Below the pieces are notes generated by a model that saw nothing but the letters and a program-made list of their open reading frames with translations, did no database searches and was not told the DNA's origin. The position numbers and the translations under genes were made by a program. A stretch of 64,000 nucleotides of DNA, from contig JAANOX010000246.1 of NCBI GenBank assembly GCA_020184695.1, positions 62,001 to 126,000 on the forward strand. Reading direction: 5' to 3'. Below are positions 20,710 through 30,574 of this stretch, one piece after another; within the stretch, counting starts at the first letter, position 1, and every line of letters begins with the position of its first letter. This DNA is from Histomonas meleagridis 2922-C6/04-290x. Lineage: Eukaryota > Protista > Parabasalia.

Positions 20710-21408
20710 TTATTCCATTTGTTTCATCATATCAACAATAATTTTTTGAGATTTTTCACGGAATGCAATTAAAGAATTTTTGGTCATTGAGAATTTGGTT
20801 ATATTTGTGCATCTATTGACGTGGTCAAAAAGCATTTCAACATCGCCACTACTTAATTGTGTATTATCTAAATAAAAGAATTTAATGTTTGGGTTCGTAT
20901 CAAGAAATTGTGAAATATAATCAGCTCCAAGTGATCCAATGTTATTTTCGGAAATATCAATCAAATCAAAGTCACGTGAACCAATGATATTTAAAAGAGG
21001 CCAAATTCCTTGTCCGGTTAATTTACAATTTCGTAGCGAAATTGATTTTAATTCGGTGTTTTTTTGAAGAAAATCTAGAAGCATCCAAATGGATTCATCT
21101 CCAATCGAATTATTAGATAAATTTAAAATTTGAATCTTATGATTAATGATTTTTTTTGAAAGTATATTAATTGAACTAGGATCAATCCCTAAGTTTTCCA
21201 TACTAAGTTCCTTTAATTTAATAGGGATTAACGGACAAATAAATGTAAAATCTTCTTTTGTGAGAATACAATTTGTGAAAGACATTTTCGAAATTGTTGA
21301 TAAATTCGAAGTAATTATGTCAATAAGTTCTCCTAACTGGATTACTCTTGTTTGAACATTCTGAATGTTCCCATATGTTATTGTTATTAACTTTTTTGTT
21401 GACAACAA
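20710..21408 (-). CDS. RNI-like leucine-rich repeat protein
   Basis: LxxLxLSNNxIGD repeats. The track start is TTG. An ATG at 21488 would join with one extra A in an A-run near 21440; otherwise the start is the internal Met of MSFTNC. Confidence 0.75.
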   Translation of the reverse strand: MLSTKKLITITYGNIQNVQTRVIQLGELIDIITSNLSTISKMSFTNCILTKEDFTFICPLIPIKLKELSMENLGIDPSSINILSKKIINHKIQILNLSNNSIGDESIWMLLDFLQKNTELKSISLRNCKLTGQGIWPLLNIIGSRDFDLIDISENNIGSLGADYISQFLDTNPNIKFFYLDNTQLSSGDVEMLFDHVNRCTNITKFSMTKNSLIAFREKSQKIIVDMMKQME

Positions 21409-21676
21409 TTTTTTATTTGAGTAAACTTTACAATTTATTTTACAATTCCGTAATTATGCATAAAAATTCCAGAATCTGAAATTTTCATCAATTTGTTTTT
21501 AGTTTTTATACCAATTATGAACTAAACAGATATAAATAATCAAATAATCGCAGTAAAAAAAGAATTAAAACTTTAAACATTAAAACAAATCAAAAAAAAC
21601 GAAAGAAATTTATTCAAAATTTACATCAAAGATTTGATGTTCAAATTATTTCCAATAAATCAATTTACTAATGGTA

Positions 21677-22783
21677 TCAATATTGCATTGCCAATATCGT
21701 ATGCTGGTAACCAGCAGCACCTGCGACTACACACGACAAGTTTGGTACCTTAGTTAATAAGTTTGTATATTCCATATCACCTCCAATTCCAATTTTGTTA
21801 TGATCATTATTTCCTGTTGCAAATACGAAACCTTCTCTTGTTATAACCAATGTATCATCTGCTCCACAAATCAATGAAATTGGTCTAACACCTTCAGCTT
21901 CTTTCATTGGTCTCATTGTTCTTCTAACTTTATGATCTCCGACACCACATTCACCTTTTCTATTCCATCCACATGCTCTAATTTCATTACAATCATCGAA
22001 TTCTATAAGGTTTGTATCGCCGCAACCAATTTCCAATATTTTACCTTTTGGATTAAACATTACATGTGAAATATGTTTACCTTCATTATGCCCAAGTCTA
22101 CCAGATTCATTTCTTCCCCAAGAAAACAATTCATAATTCTCAGAAAGGGCTGCGGCATGAGTCCAACCAGCAGCGATTTTAATGATTGGTGAATTCTTGA
22201 AATAAAACTGATCGATTTTCTTTGGATTTGGAAAACATGTATTAACAAGTGCTAATTGTCCGAGACAATTATCTTGATTAAATCCGAAGGAATAAACTTC
22301 GCCATTTTTAAGCAAAATGATAGTGAAATATCCTCCGCAACAAATTTGGACTGGCGATGAATCGGAATCAATTTTGATTTCTAATGGTTCTTCTTCATAT
22401 ATTACTTCTGGACCTGGAATATGACCCATTCGATTATCGCCCCAAACAAAGATTTTGCCTTCTGTTGATATCGCACCACAATGTGCATTTCGACATGAAA
22501 TCGAAGAAATTTTGATATTGTGATTTTTGAAATACGTAATGAGTGTTGGCGTATCATGCGCCGGATAACCACTAACACCTGACGCAAGTTTCCCCCACGA
22601 ATATAAATTTCCGTTCTCATCAAGTAATATGGAATATGCAATTCCACATGCTAATTGTTTGATCCCAGTAACACTTTCTGGTAGATCAATTTCATAGTAC
22701 CCGTACATTGTGGGCGCTGCTGAATTGCCTAAGTCACAGTGCTGATTGTATCCGTAGCCAACTAATTCGATTCTTTTGCTCAT
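21677..22783 (-). CDS. RCC1-repeat beta-propeller protein
   Basis: Repeated IACG..HS..L...G.LYSWG.N..GQLG motifs. Inr TCATTT at 22786-22791. Confidence 0.92.
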   Translation of the reverse strand: MSKRIELVGYGYNQHCDLGNSAAPTMYGYYEIDLPESVTGIKQLACGIAYSILLDENGNLYSWGKLASGVSGYPAHDTPTLITYFKNHNIKISSISCRNAHCGAISTEGKIFVWGDNRMGHIPGPEVIYEEEPLEIKIDSDSSPVQICCGGYFTIILLKNGEVYSFGFNQDNCLGQLALVNTCFPNPKKIDQFYFKNSPIIKIAAGWTHAAALSENYELFSWGRNESGRLGHNEGKHISHVMFNPKGKILEIGCGDTNLIEFDDCNEIRACGWNRKGECGVGDHKVRRTMRPMKEAEGVRPISLICGADDTLVITREGFVFATGNNDHNKIGIGGDMEYTNLLTKVPNLSCVVAGAAGYQHTILAMQY

Positions 22784-23454
22784 GAAAATGATTTGCGCAC
22801 TTTACATATATCGGAGTTCTGAAATTTCAATGCGGTTTTTTGATGCGTTCTTTTCAATGGCTCCGTCTGACGCACAAACGAAACAAAAAATTTTTAATTA
22901 ACAAAAAAAATCTTTTTGAACTTGAGCATTTCTGGGGCTTGTGTGAGTAACGAACGTAAGAAATCGGAGAAAAGTGTTTAACAGATAGAAAATGGATAAG
23001 CTGCAACGCGATTTATATGGTATTGACTACAAATTGTGTGGCTTTCTGAGTAAGGAATTCCTTTTGTGTAATTTTTAAGTATCTGAAAATTTGGTTTAAA
23101 ATCATTTTGTGCTTTCTGATGGCAATTCCATTACGTAAGCTTAGGGTTTGTATAAATAAGTTTTCTTTGATAGCGATTACTTGTTAAAACATTTTGAATT
23201 TGCATTTTTGTGAAAATGTATCATTGATAGACTTCACTTGAAATAAAAGAGATCTGCTTAAGTGTAGTATCTTGTATTTAGTGATTTCTGGATAGTTTAA
23301 CTTGGTTATAAACTATCGAAACAATGGGATTTGTTTATGTAAAAGTGACATAATATTTTATTGAAGAAAAAAAAAAAAAACATTTTTTTAAAGCAAATTA
23401 ATGTTATCAAAAATAATGAAACGTAACAAATAAAAGTATGTTTAATCATATAGT

Positions 23455-23841
23455 TCATTGTGCATTTGAATTTTCGAAATATCTTGCTATAATCTCCAGT
23501 TTCCCAGGTGAGTTTTTAAAACACCTTTCTTCTAAATGTGCTGTGAATCTTGGAGCATCAATTTGCTCCCCGCAAACAGGGCATCTTTGAAATCTTCGAG
23601 CATCTGTTGTTTCAAGTTTGAATGGTGGGCGCTTGTCTGGTGGTTCTGGAATCACTGGTTCGTTCTGTAATATTTTTTGAACAGGCAAAGCATTTGGATA
23701 TCCATATCTTTTTCGGTAATAATCAATGATTGTTTCAAAAATTAAATCACTAACAAGGCTTTCTAAAACTGAATCAACTTGTATTAGAGCTTGTTCAGCT
23801 TTATGTTTTTTCCAACTCACAAAATGAATCTTTTTTTCCAT
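23455..23841 (-). CDS. SGF11: Sgf11/ATXN7L3-like SAGA deubiquitination-module subunit
   Basis: CPVCGEQIDAPRFTAHLEERC matches the Sgf11 finger CxxC...A.R.A.HLE.C, with an N-terminal helix (ESLVSDLIFETIIDYYR). Confidence 0.75.
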   Translation of the reverse strand: MEKKIHFVSWKKHKAEQALIQVDSVLESLVSDLIFETIIDYYRKRYGYPNALPVQKILQNEPVIPEPPDKRPPFKLETTDARRFQRCPVCGEQIDAPRFTAHLEERCFKNSPGKLEIIARYFENSNAQ

Positions 23842-23896
23842 TGATATTTTGAGAAAGTCTGTTTGAATTAATTGTTATAAAATTTTGCCCAGACTA

Positions 23897-24601
23897 ATGG
23901 AAACAGAAAATAATAATGAAATTGAGCAATTGAAAGCAAGATTATTAAATATTGTTGCAGAAATAAATGATTTAAAATTACATGATAATTCTTATTTTAT
24001 TCAAATAGCTGATCAAATTAAACAATCATATCAAAATAAAATTAATGAACTCGATACTTTGGCGGAGATTAAAAAAGAACGCGCACAAGAAGATCATGAA
24101 GCAGAGCTTTCTTTTATTGAAGATGATTTTCAAACCAATTGTGAAATTTCATATTCAAAATGTTTAAAATTTATAAAATATAAATGTGACAAACTAATGG
24201 AGTCAGTTCCAGAACTTGCGCAGTATTTTATTAGCTTTGATATTCCTTTTATTTCTCAAATTTCACATGTTGAATCTCTGAAGACAAAAGATGATTCTTC
24301 CTTATATGAGTGCACTGTCAACGCTACTGATTCGTGTGCACTTAACGAGTTTGATATTCATCAAGATCTTGAACTATTTAAATCTCAAAATTGTTATGCA
24401 ATTCAAGAAAAAGCTTTCCTTAAAGAAGGGCAAACTATTCCAATTGGAACTAATGTGTCTGTTATTATAAGTGAGAACATTACAATCAATGGAAATTTAG
24501 AAGGAATTGGCATTGACCACATCATAATTTCACCAACTGAAGGACCACCATTTAAAATATCTTTGAACATTCTGAATTCAGGTTGTTGTTTTATTGATTG
24601 A
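23897..24601 (+). CDS. Coiled-coil protein, possibly Sds3/BRMS1-like
   Basis: N-terminal coiled coil (KKERAQEDHEAELSFIEDDF). Head-to-head with Sgf11, ATGs 55 bp apart. The family call is weak. Confidence 0.45.
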   Translation: METENNNEIEQLKARLLNIVAEINDLKLHDNSYFIQIADQIKQSYQNKINELDTLAEIKKERAQEDHEAELSFIEDDFQTNCEISYSKCLKFIKYKCDKLMESVPELAQYFISFDIPFISQISHVESLKTKDDSSLYECTVNATDSCALNEFDIHQDLELFKSQNCYAIQEKAFLKEGQTIPIGTNVSVIISENITINGNLEGIGIDHIIISPTEGPPFKISLNILNSGCCFID

Positions 24602-24703
24602 TGCGTTTTCAGTAGAACAAAGTTAGTTTAATAATAGCATAAGTTCCGATAGAAAATTCAATGAAACACGATCGTTTTTAATTGAAATATCCTATCGTCA
24701 ACG

Positions 24704-25713
24704 TGAATAATTTTTTTATCATTTCAAAATCAAATTACAAAAATAATAAGTTCAAGAACAACGATCACATTTGCTTCGAGTTAATAACTTATTACATTCG
24801 TTGAATAAGATTTTTCATAACATTGGTCTTTGTGTGAACGTTTTTTTGAAATGAATTAAAAAATTTTCGGCCCACGCTGTGAATTGTTATGGAATATTTG
24901 GTAAATTTTCCAAATGGGCATCGGCTACACGTACACGCGCACGTGCGAAAAGCTTTTCGAACGATGTTTATTGTAAACTTTTGAATTTGTGGGCAATTGT
25001 ATTGGGCGTGCACAATCACTTCATAAAACAACAATGGAAAGTAAAAATGGTGTAAAAAAAAAATTACCAAGTCGAAGAAAGGCTTCTGAGGGAGAAAGAA
25101 CTCAAGCTATTTTGGGTAATTTTAATTTTAAAGGAAGTAATGGAGAAAAGTTGATTAAATCAATTATAAAAGATGATATTACACTAATAAGGATTTTTTC
25201 TTTGGCTGAAATATTCTCTAAAGTGTTTGGAAAGCCTGTTGAACGTGATTATAAAAGACGAAAAGAATTGATGTATAAATATTTTGATGAAAATTATGAT
25301 GAATTCCAAAAATTAGTCCCATACGTTTCAGTTCAATATGCAAATGATCCAAATCCTTAAAAATTAATAAATCAACCATTTAGGTTTTTTCTTATTTAAT
25401 GTTAGCAAGCATTCCAGTTGACGTTATGTTGAAATTTAAACCAATGATATTATTAAAACTTATAGTTTGTTATTAAGTCCACAAATAATTTCTGATCTTC
25501 TTGTGAAAATGGTATCATTTCATATCACATATCACTTTCCTATACTTTATATCCGATAAGAAGTATAAATTATACAATATTTCAACTGTAAAATTTCAAA
25601 ACGTTACATTGATTATCGTGCAACATTCCACTTTTGTGTTTTTTCTATAAACTTCAAAAATAATCCATTTAAAAACAATAATTGCACAACATTGTTCCCA
25701 ACCCTATACTTGT
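24704..25713 (+). repeat. Dispersed ~1-kb duplication, copy 1 (copy 2 at 43367-44259)
   Basis: Homology runs from TGAATAAT.TTTTTATCATTTCAAAATC to CTATACTTGT. Copy 2 lacks roughly 100 bp near the 3' end. Confidence 0.92.
25034..25360 (+). CDS. Small basic protein of a parabasalid-type hypothetical family (R.YKR.K.LM.K.FD.NY motif), copy 1
   Basis: 108 aa. The reading frame and length are conserved in the diverged paralogue at 43691-44017. Confidence 0.7.
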   Translation: MESKNGVKKKLPSRRKASEGERTQAILGNFNFKGSNGEKLIKSIIKDDITLIRIFSLAEIFSKVFGKPVERDYKRRKELMYKYFDENYDEFQKLVPYVSVQYANDPNP

Positions 25714-26160
25714 TTATAAAAAGTTTTCATGTTCATGTTTCTCATCATAAGCAGACCGCTGCTCATTACCTCACACTAGTTTTAAAGTAAAATGATTATT
25801 TTCACTTGGGAATGCTAACATCAATGCTAATAAATTATTTGAAGTTTTTTTATGTGCAATCTTGAGTAAATTCATTAAAATTTATGGAAGTCAGAAAGAA
25901 ACCAAGTTTACTTTACAAATTTCAAAACTTTTATGGAGGATAGTATTCATGCAAAAATTGTTGAAATATTGATAATAAAGATTTTTAATCACTACTAATT
26001 TTCAAATTTAAGTTAATATAGTTTAATCATTGACAAAGATATTCACATTTTAATTTTTTTATTTTGAATTGATATCTGGCCCTTAATATCAACTGCCGTT
26101 TTGAATTTTTATGCATCTGTCAAAAAACGTTAAAAAACCCATACAAAAGTGACACTCGGA

Positions 26161-26760
26161 ATGACAACTCCTCTCGATCCAAACACGCTGTTCATCAGAA
26201 ACATCCACTATAAGGTTACTGCTGGCGAACTCAAAGAAGCCTTTGCAAAATATGGAAATATAGCATCATCACGTATATTAAGTGAAAGATATCGTGGTCG
26301 TTTCTTTTCAAGAGGCATTGGCTTTGTAAAGTTTGAATCTGAAGAATCCTTCAAAAAGGCCCTTGAAGATAAAACACCAATTGAAATTGCAGGTCGTCAA
26401 CTAAAGATTCAACAAGCTCGTGCTCGCGCTGAACGCAAGAGAGACACCATTTTTATTGCTGGAATCCCAGAGGGAACAACAGAGCAAGACATCTTAAATG
26501 CATTTGCTAAGTTTAATCCAAAGCAAACTCACATAATTAGATTTAATACAGACAAATCAAAAGGCTTTGCATTTGTCCAACTTAGCTCTCCAGAGGACCA
26601 AGAGGCTGCTGTCAAAAATGGGAAAACAATCCAACTTAAGGGCGGTGAATCTATTGTCCGATTTGCTCGTCGTGACTTTGATGCACCACGCCGTAGAAGG
26701 AGGTATCGCCGCGCTCCGCGTCGTGCTCCAAAGAACACAAGTCAAGAAGATGCCAAGTAA
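26161..26760 (+). CDS. Two-RRM RNA-binding protein with Arg-rich tail
   Basis: RNP2 LFIRNI and IFIAGI; RNP1 RGIGFVKF and KGFAFVQL. Confidence 0.93.
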   Translation: MTTPLDPNTLFIRNIHYKVTAGELKEAFAKYGNIASSRILSERYRGRFFSRGIGFVKFESEESFKKALEDKTPIEIAGRQLKIQQARARAERKRDTIFIAGIPEGTTEQDILNAFAKFNPKQTHIIRFNTDKSKGFAFVQLSSPEDQEAAVKNGKTIQLKGGESIVRFARRDFDAPRRRRRYRRAPRRAPKNTSQEDAK

Positions 26761-26966
26761 AAGTTGGTGAAAACAAACATAATAATTCTTTTTGTTTGTG
26801 CACTATAACATAACAATTGGCGAAACACTCGCTCACAGTCACTAGCGTAAAGTGTGTTGGAAAACTTACACTTTCATCAAATTAAGAAACGTCACTTTTC
26901 AATAAACTTGACAAAATCAAGCCAAGAAAAATCTCTTTCAAAAAGATAAAATCTTAAACGGTCAAA

Positions 26967-27314
26967 ATGAATAAAAAATTTCAGCAAAATGATTCTCTTT
27001 CAGTTTCATACATTTTAAAGGCAACACTAGAGGACATAAAAAGGTGGATTAAAGCAGGGAATCCACCTCCAAAAACACAAATTAAAATGATTTATTTAAT
27101 CATATTTCTTTTCATTGTAGGTATCACTTTAACAACAATATGGGTTTGCGCTTTGTTGGACATTGCATTTCAAAATACCTTTAAGTCAATATATCCAATA
27201 ATCTTCTTATCATTCATTACATTATATCCTGCTCTTTATGGATTATGGGTTTCATACTGTTGTTGGCGTAAAGCATATGGGTACAATTGGTACATGATTC
27301 CTAATTTTGATTAA
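26967..27314 (+). CDS. TMEM230/TMEM134 (DUF872)-like membrane protein
   Basis: Two TM helices and a C-terminal P.LY..WVSY..W+..YGY.W.MIP.FD. TTAAACGGTC sits at 26954-26963, just before the ATG. Confidence 0.65.
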   Translation: MNKKFQQNDSLSVSYILKATLEDIKRWIKAGNPPPKTQIKMIYLIIFLFIVGITLTTIWVCALLDIAFQNTFKSIYPIIFLSFITLYPALYGLWVSYCCWRKAYGYNWYMIPNFD

Positions 27315-27999
27315 TACATTTTCAAAATCAATTTTTTCTTAAATCCTTTTTTATTTTGTTTTAATCATTTTTTTATGCATTTTGGTGAAATGGATTTTTT
27401 AATTTATGCGTGTTGCTTTTAATTGAAATTAGGAGTTGCTAATCTTCGAGAAAATTTTTGAATGAAAAATGGCGCTTTTAGTGAATTGTAACTTTTTCTG
27501 AACCTCAATATTCAAAAAGTGATGTGAATTATGAGAATAAACCTTTGAAAAAAAAGAGAATTTTTTTTTGGTGATAAATCATTAGGGATTTCTTCCAGGA
27601 TGGTGAGTACCTTATGTGCACTTTAGAGGGGATCAGCAGAAAAAGCCTAAGGCCTTTTGCAGCAACTGTTTACAGTAAACAAAAAAATAATTTTGGTGAG
27701 AGTTAGAAAACATGTGAAATCAATTAGAAAACATTCACTATTTCCTTTGTGCGTTCTAGATAGTTTGAATTACTTCCATTTGCATTTAAAATGAATTAAA
27801 TATAAAAATGCAATTTCATTTTCTAATTTTTGGAAAAATTTAAAATTTTACAATCAGCTTTTTTGATCATTCAGTTAACTCTATACAACTGAAATCACAA
27901 TAAAATGTATTTCAAGTGGACTTATTTCATAAAAAATGGTTTTTAATTACTTTTAATGTCGGTTTGTGCAAACGGACGTTTACTTCTTAACGTCTTCCA

Positions 28000-29559
28000 A
28001 TGTTTTCTTTTCTTGGGGCTCATCTCCCGTTTGGAGAAAAAATATTTGGGGACCCAAATGGAAATATTTTAAACTCTACCTATATTTCTCTTAAGTCGCA
28101 AAATGAAGTTCAAGCCGCCACGTCATTATTAAAGTTGATGAAATCAAAATATTGTTATGATGACTTATCATTTCTTGGCTTTGATGTTTTAAATCTATTA
28201 TCATCTGAAGACTTTGCCGTCAAAATCATTGGATATCGTTTTGCGTCATTCTTTTTTAATCCGTATTTATCATACATTGATTTATTCCCAACCATAATAC
28301 AAGCAACACTTCAATTCCCTACACTTCTTTCTTCCACTTTAAATGCGTTAAGTAAATTTATTAATCCATTTGTCTATGATACAGTTAAAGCACAATTAAA
28401 GACGTTAGCCATATCCTCTACGGACGTTGCCCGAAAATTTTCACTTTGTTCAATTTTTAATGTGTATCGTCAAGACAATTCCATTATCGAAGATTTTCTC
28501 TCATTACTTAAAAACACCCTTTTCCAACCATCCACCAAATATTTAGCGCTTGGCATGCTTTGTGAGATTGCACAAGACAATCCACAACGCGTTCAAAGTT
28601 TCACATCCACATTAGTTACTGAAGTGCCGCTTTCAACTCCGCATTACTTCACAAAACTTTCACGACTATTTATCACATTATTACCATACGACGACACATT
28701 ACAAGGCGAACTCATCAAAGCGTTACCGCATTACATATCGCACCACACCGAATTAATATCATTAATTGATCTTGCGACACTTCTATCGCATTTTTCCGGC
28801 GACTGTTCACTTTATTCTCAAATTGGGTCCGAAATTAATAAGATCATTGCATCTGATGAAGATCCAAACCATCGGATATTATGTTTAAATGCGTTATCCG
28901 CATTAACACCTAAGTTTCGTGTTGACACTGGCTTAATATCGATTGTATCGCAAAGCCCGAACAAATACATCTCGAGTTCCGCGCTACAAATTAAGTATCA
29001 ACTTATACCTGATAAAGTTTCTGTTTTGAATGAAATCTTGGCCAATATTAAGGAAACTAAAAGCTCAAGTACAGCGAAACACTTGTTACGTTATATACCA
29101 CGTAAAGGCGAAAAGTTCATCGAAACATTGTTCCAATTATATGAACTTGGGATCAAAGGAATCGCAAAACATTTGGCGAAAGCTATACGCGATATAACAG
29201 ACGAGAAAACGCAGCTGTTGTTATGTAAGACAACTGTCGATACATTGATCGATACTCCGGATGATGAATTCGGTTACGCTTTAGCTACTGCTGTAAGTGA
29301 TTGGTCACAAAGAGCTACAGACATCGAATTGTTGTTGCCATCAACAATCTCAAGGAAAAGTTCCGAGTCACAAAGTGTATTAATTGAATGCGCTTTCCAT
29401 TTGTTCTTTAGATTGCACTTCTTGTTGCCAAAAGGTTTAATAAATAGATTGGAATTGTTGGCTCAGTCGCCGTTAAGACAGGTAAGACAAAGAGCTGCGG
29501 AATATTTGTTTATTATAGAACAAATTATTGTTGTTTCAAAACAAAATAATAAAAAGTAA
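28000..29559 (+). CDS. Adaptin N-terminal domain protein, AP-3 delta-like (short, divergent)
   Basis: DLSFLGFDVLNLLSSEDFAVKIIGY and LCEIAQDNP...KLSRLFITLLPYD align from memory to the AP3D trunk. 519 aa, no hinge or ear. Confidence 0.7.
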   Translation: MFSFLGAHLPFGEKIFGDPNGNILNSTYISLKSQNEVQAATSLLKLMKSKYCYDDLSFLGFDVLNLLSSEDFAVKIIGYRFASFFFNPYLSYIDLFPTIIQATLQFPTLLSSTLNALSKFINPFVYDTVKAQLKTLAISSTDVARKFSLCSIFNVYRQDNSIIEDFLSLLKNTLFQPSTKYLALGMLCEIAQDNPQRVQSFTSTLVTEVPLSTPHYFTKLSRLFITLLPYDDTLQGELIKALPHYISHHTELISLIDLATLLSHFSGDCSLYSQIGSEINKIIASDEDPNHRILCLNALSALTPKFRVDTGLISIVSQSPNKYISSSALQIKYQLIPDKVSVLNEILANIKETKSSSTAKHLLRYIPRKGEKFIETLFQLYELGIKGIAKHLAKAIRDITDEKTQLLLCKTTVDTLIDTPDDEFGYALATAVSDWSQRATDIELLLPSTISRKSSESQSVLIECAFHLFFRLHFLLPKGLINRLELLAQSPLRQVRQRAAEYLFIIEQIIVVSKQNNKK

Positions 29560-29578
29560 AATAAGTTTTATGTTTTCG

Positions 29579-30175
29579 TTATTTGCGATTTCGACCATTA
29601 ATTCGACCACAGACAGGAATATGACGCTTGGCCGCATCGGGTTGATATTTACGACCGCAATATTGACACGTGATTAATTCATCTGTTGGATCAGAAACTT
29701 GGATCTCGGTGGAACTAAATCGTGAGTTGGTGGAAAGAGTGGGCTTTGTTGGTTGATCTGATGTGGTTAAATCGTGCTTTGAGGATGTTATATTGGTTTT
29801 CGGATTTAAATTGAACGTAAGTTCTTTAGAGGTGGTTGAATTGGATTGGCCAAGAATGGATTTGGGCTTGACGGAAGATGTAATAGGCGTTGTTTGACGA
29901 GAATTATCTTTTTGTTGTGATTTTGTATCATCATTCGTTGGAGTAGATGACGCAGGTTTGGTAATTTTCCCATTAACAATGTCTGAAAAACGACGCATCA
30001 TCAAAATTCTGTGTCCAATTGAAGTTACACCCATTTCTTTGAGATGATCTTCTGTGATTAAGGGAAGATGAATTCCACAAATTTCATTCTGAATAAATGC
30101 ATTTGCATACTGACCATAGCCAAGCAATTTTAGCTGTTTTGCAACATCTTGTTGATTCCAGTCTTGATAATTCAT
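29579..30175 (-). CDS. SAM domain plus C-terminal C2HC zinc finger protein
   Basis: W...DVA..L..LGY.QY...F..NEI.G..L..+TE..LKEMGV..IGHR (SAM) and CQYCGRKY..DAAKRHIPVC (C2HC). Confidence 0.88.
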   Translation of the reverse strand: MNYQDWNQQDVAKQLKLLGYGQYANAFIQNEICGIHLPLITEDHLKEMGVTSIGHRILMMRRFSDIVNGKITKPASSTPTNDDTKSQQKDNSRQTTPITSSVKPKSILGQSNSTTSKELTFNLNPKTNITSSKHDLTTSDQPTKPTLSTNSRFSSTEIQVSDPTDELITCQYCGRKYQPDAAKRHIPVCGRINGRNRK

Positions 30176-30574
30176 TCTTTAATAATTAAACGTACACAAC
30201 AGAATTGTTCCAAGTTTGGAAAATTCATTTCCTAACTATTAATTAGAATATAGGTATCAAACAGCAAACATAGAAAGCAGTATTTTAAATGTTATCAATA
30301 ATTTTAATGTATTAAATTTGATATCAATAGAATATTTTTGTAATCTCACATTAAAGTAAGTTAATGAAAGCAACACAGCTAAGCATTTTTATAGGCTTAT
30401 GACAAAAACATATACTTTCTTTTTCAATCGAAATCAGAAAAAACTTCTTTTCGAAAATCATTTTTATCATTAAACAATATTTTCTTCTTAGGAAGTAAAT
30501 TTAATAGCATTACTCTATTAAATAAAAATTAAAAATAATTAATCAAAAATTACAAATTTTATATAATATTATTT

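Noticed and set aside
22992-23097. Small ORF MDKLQRD... with a possible 30-nt GT-AG intron
   Set aside because: Under 30 aa with or without splicing, no CTAA branch motif and no homology cue.
25400-25980. Possible BspA-like relic on the minus strand (TSIG, ENNHF fragments)
   Set aside because: The fragments are too short and broken to distinguish from chance.
27590-27710. GC-richer intergenic island with GCCTTTTGC (U5 loop-like), an Sm-like AATTTTGG and a TGTTTAC-A-GTAAACA palindrome
   Set aside because: The loop differs from the invariant GCCUUUUAC and I could not form the flanking stem. Without an Infernal search it is unsupported.
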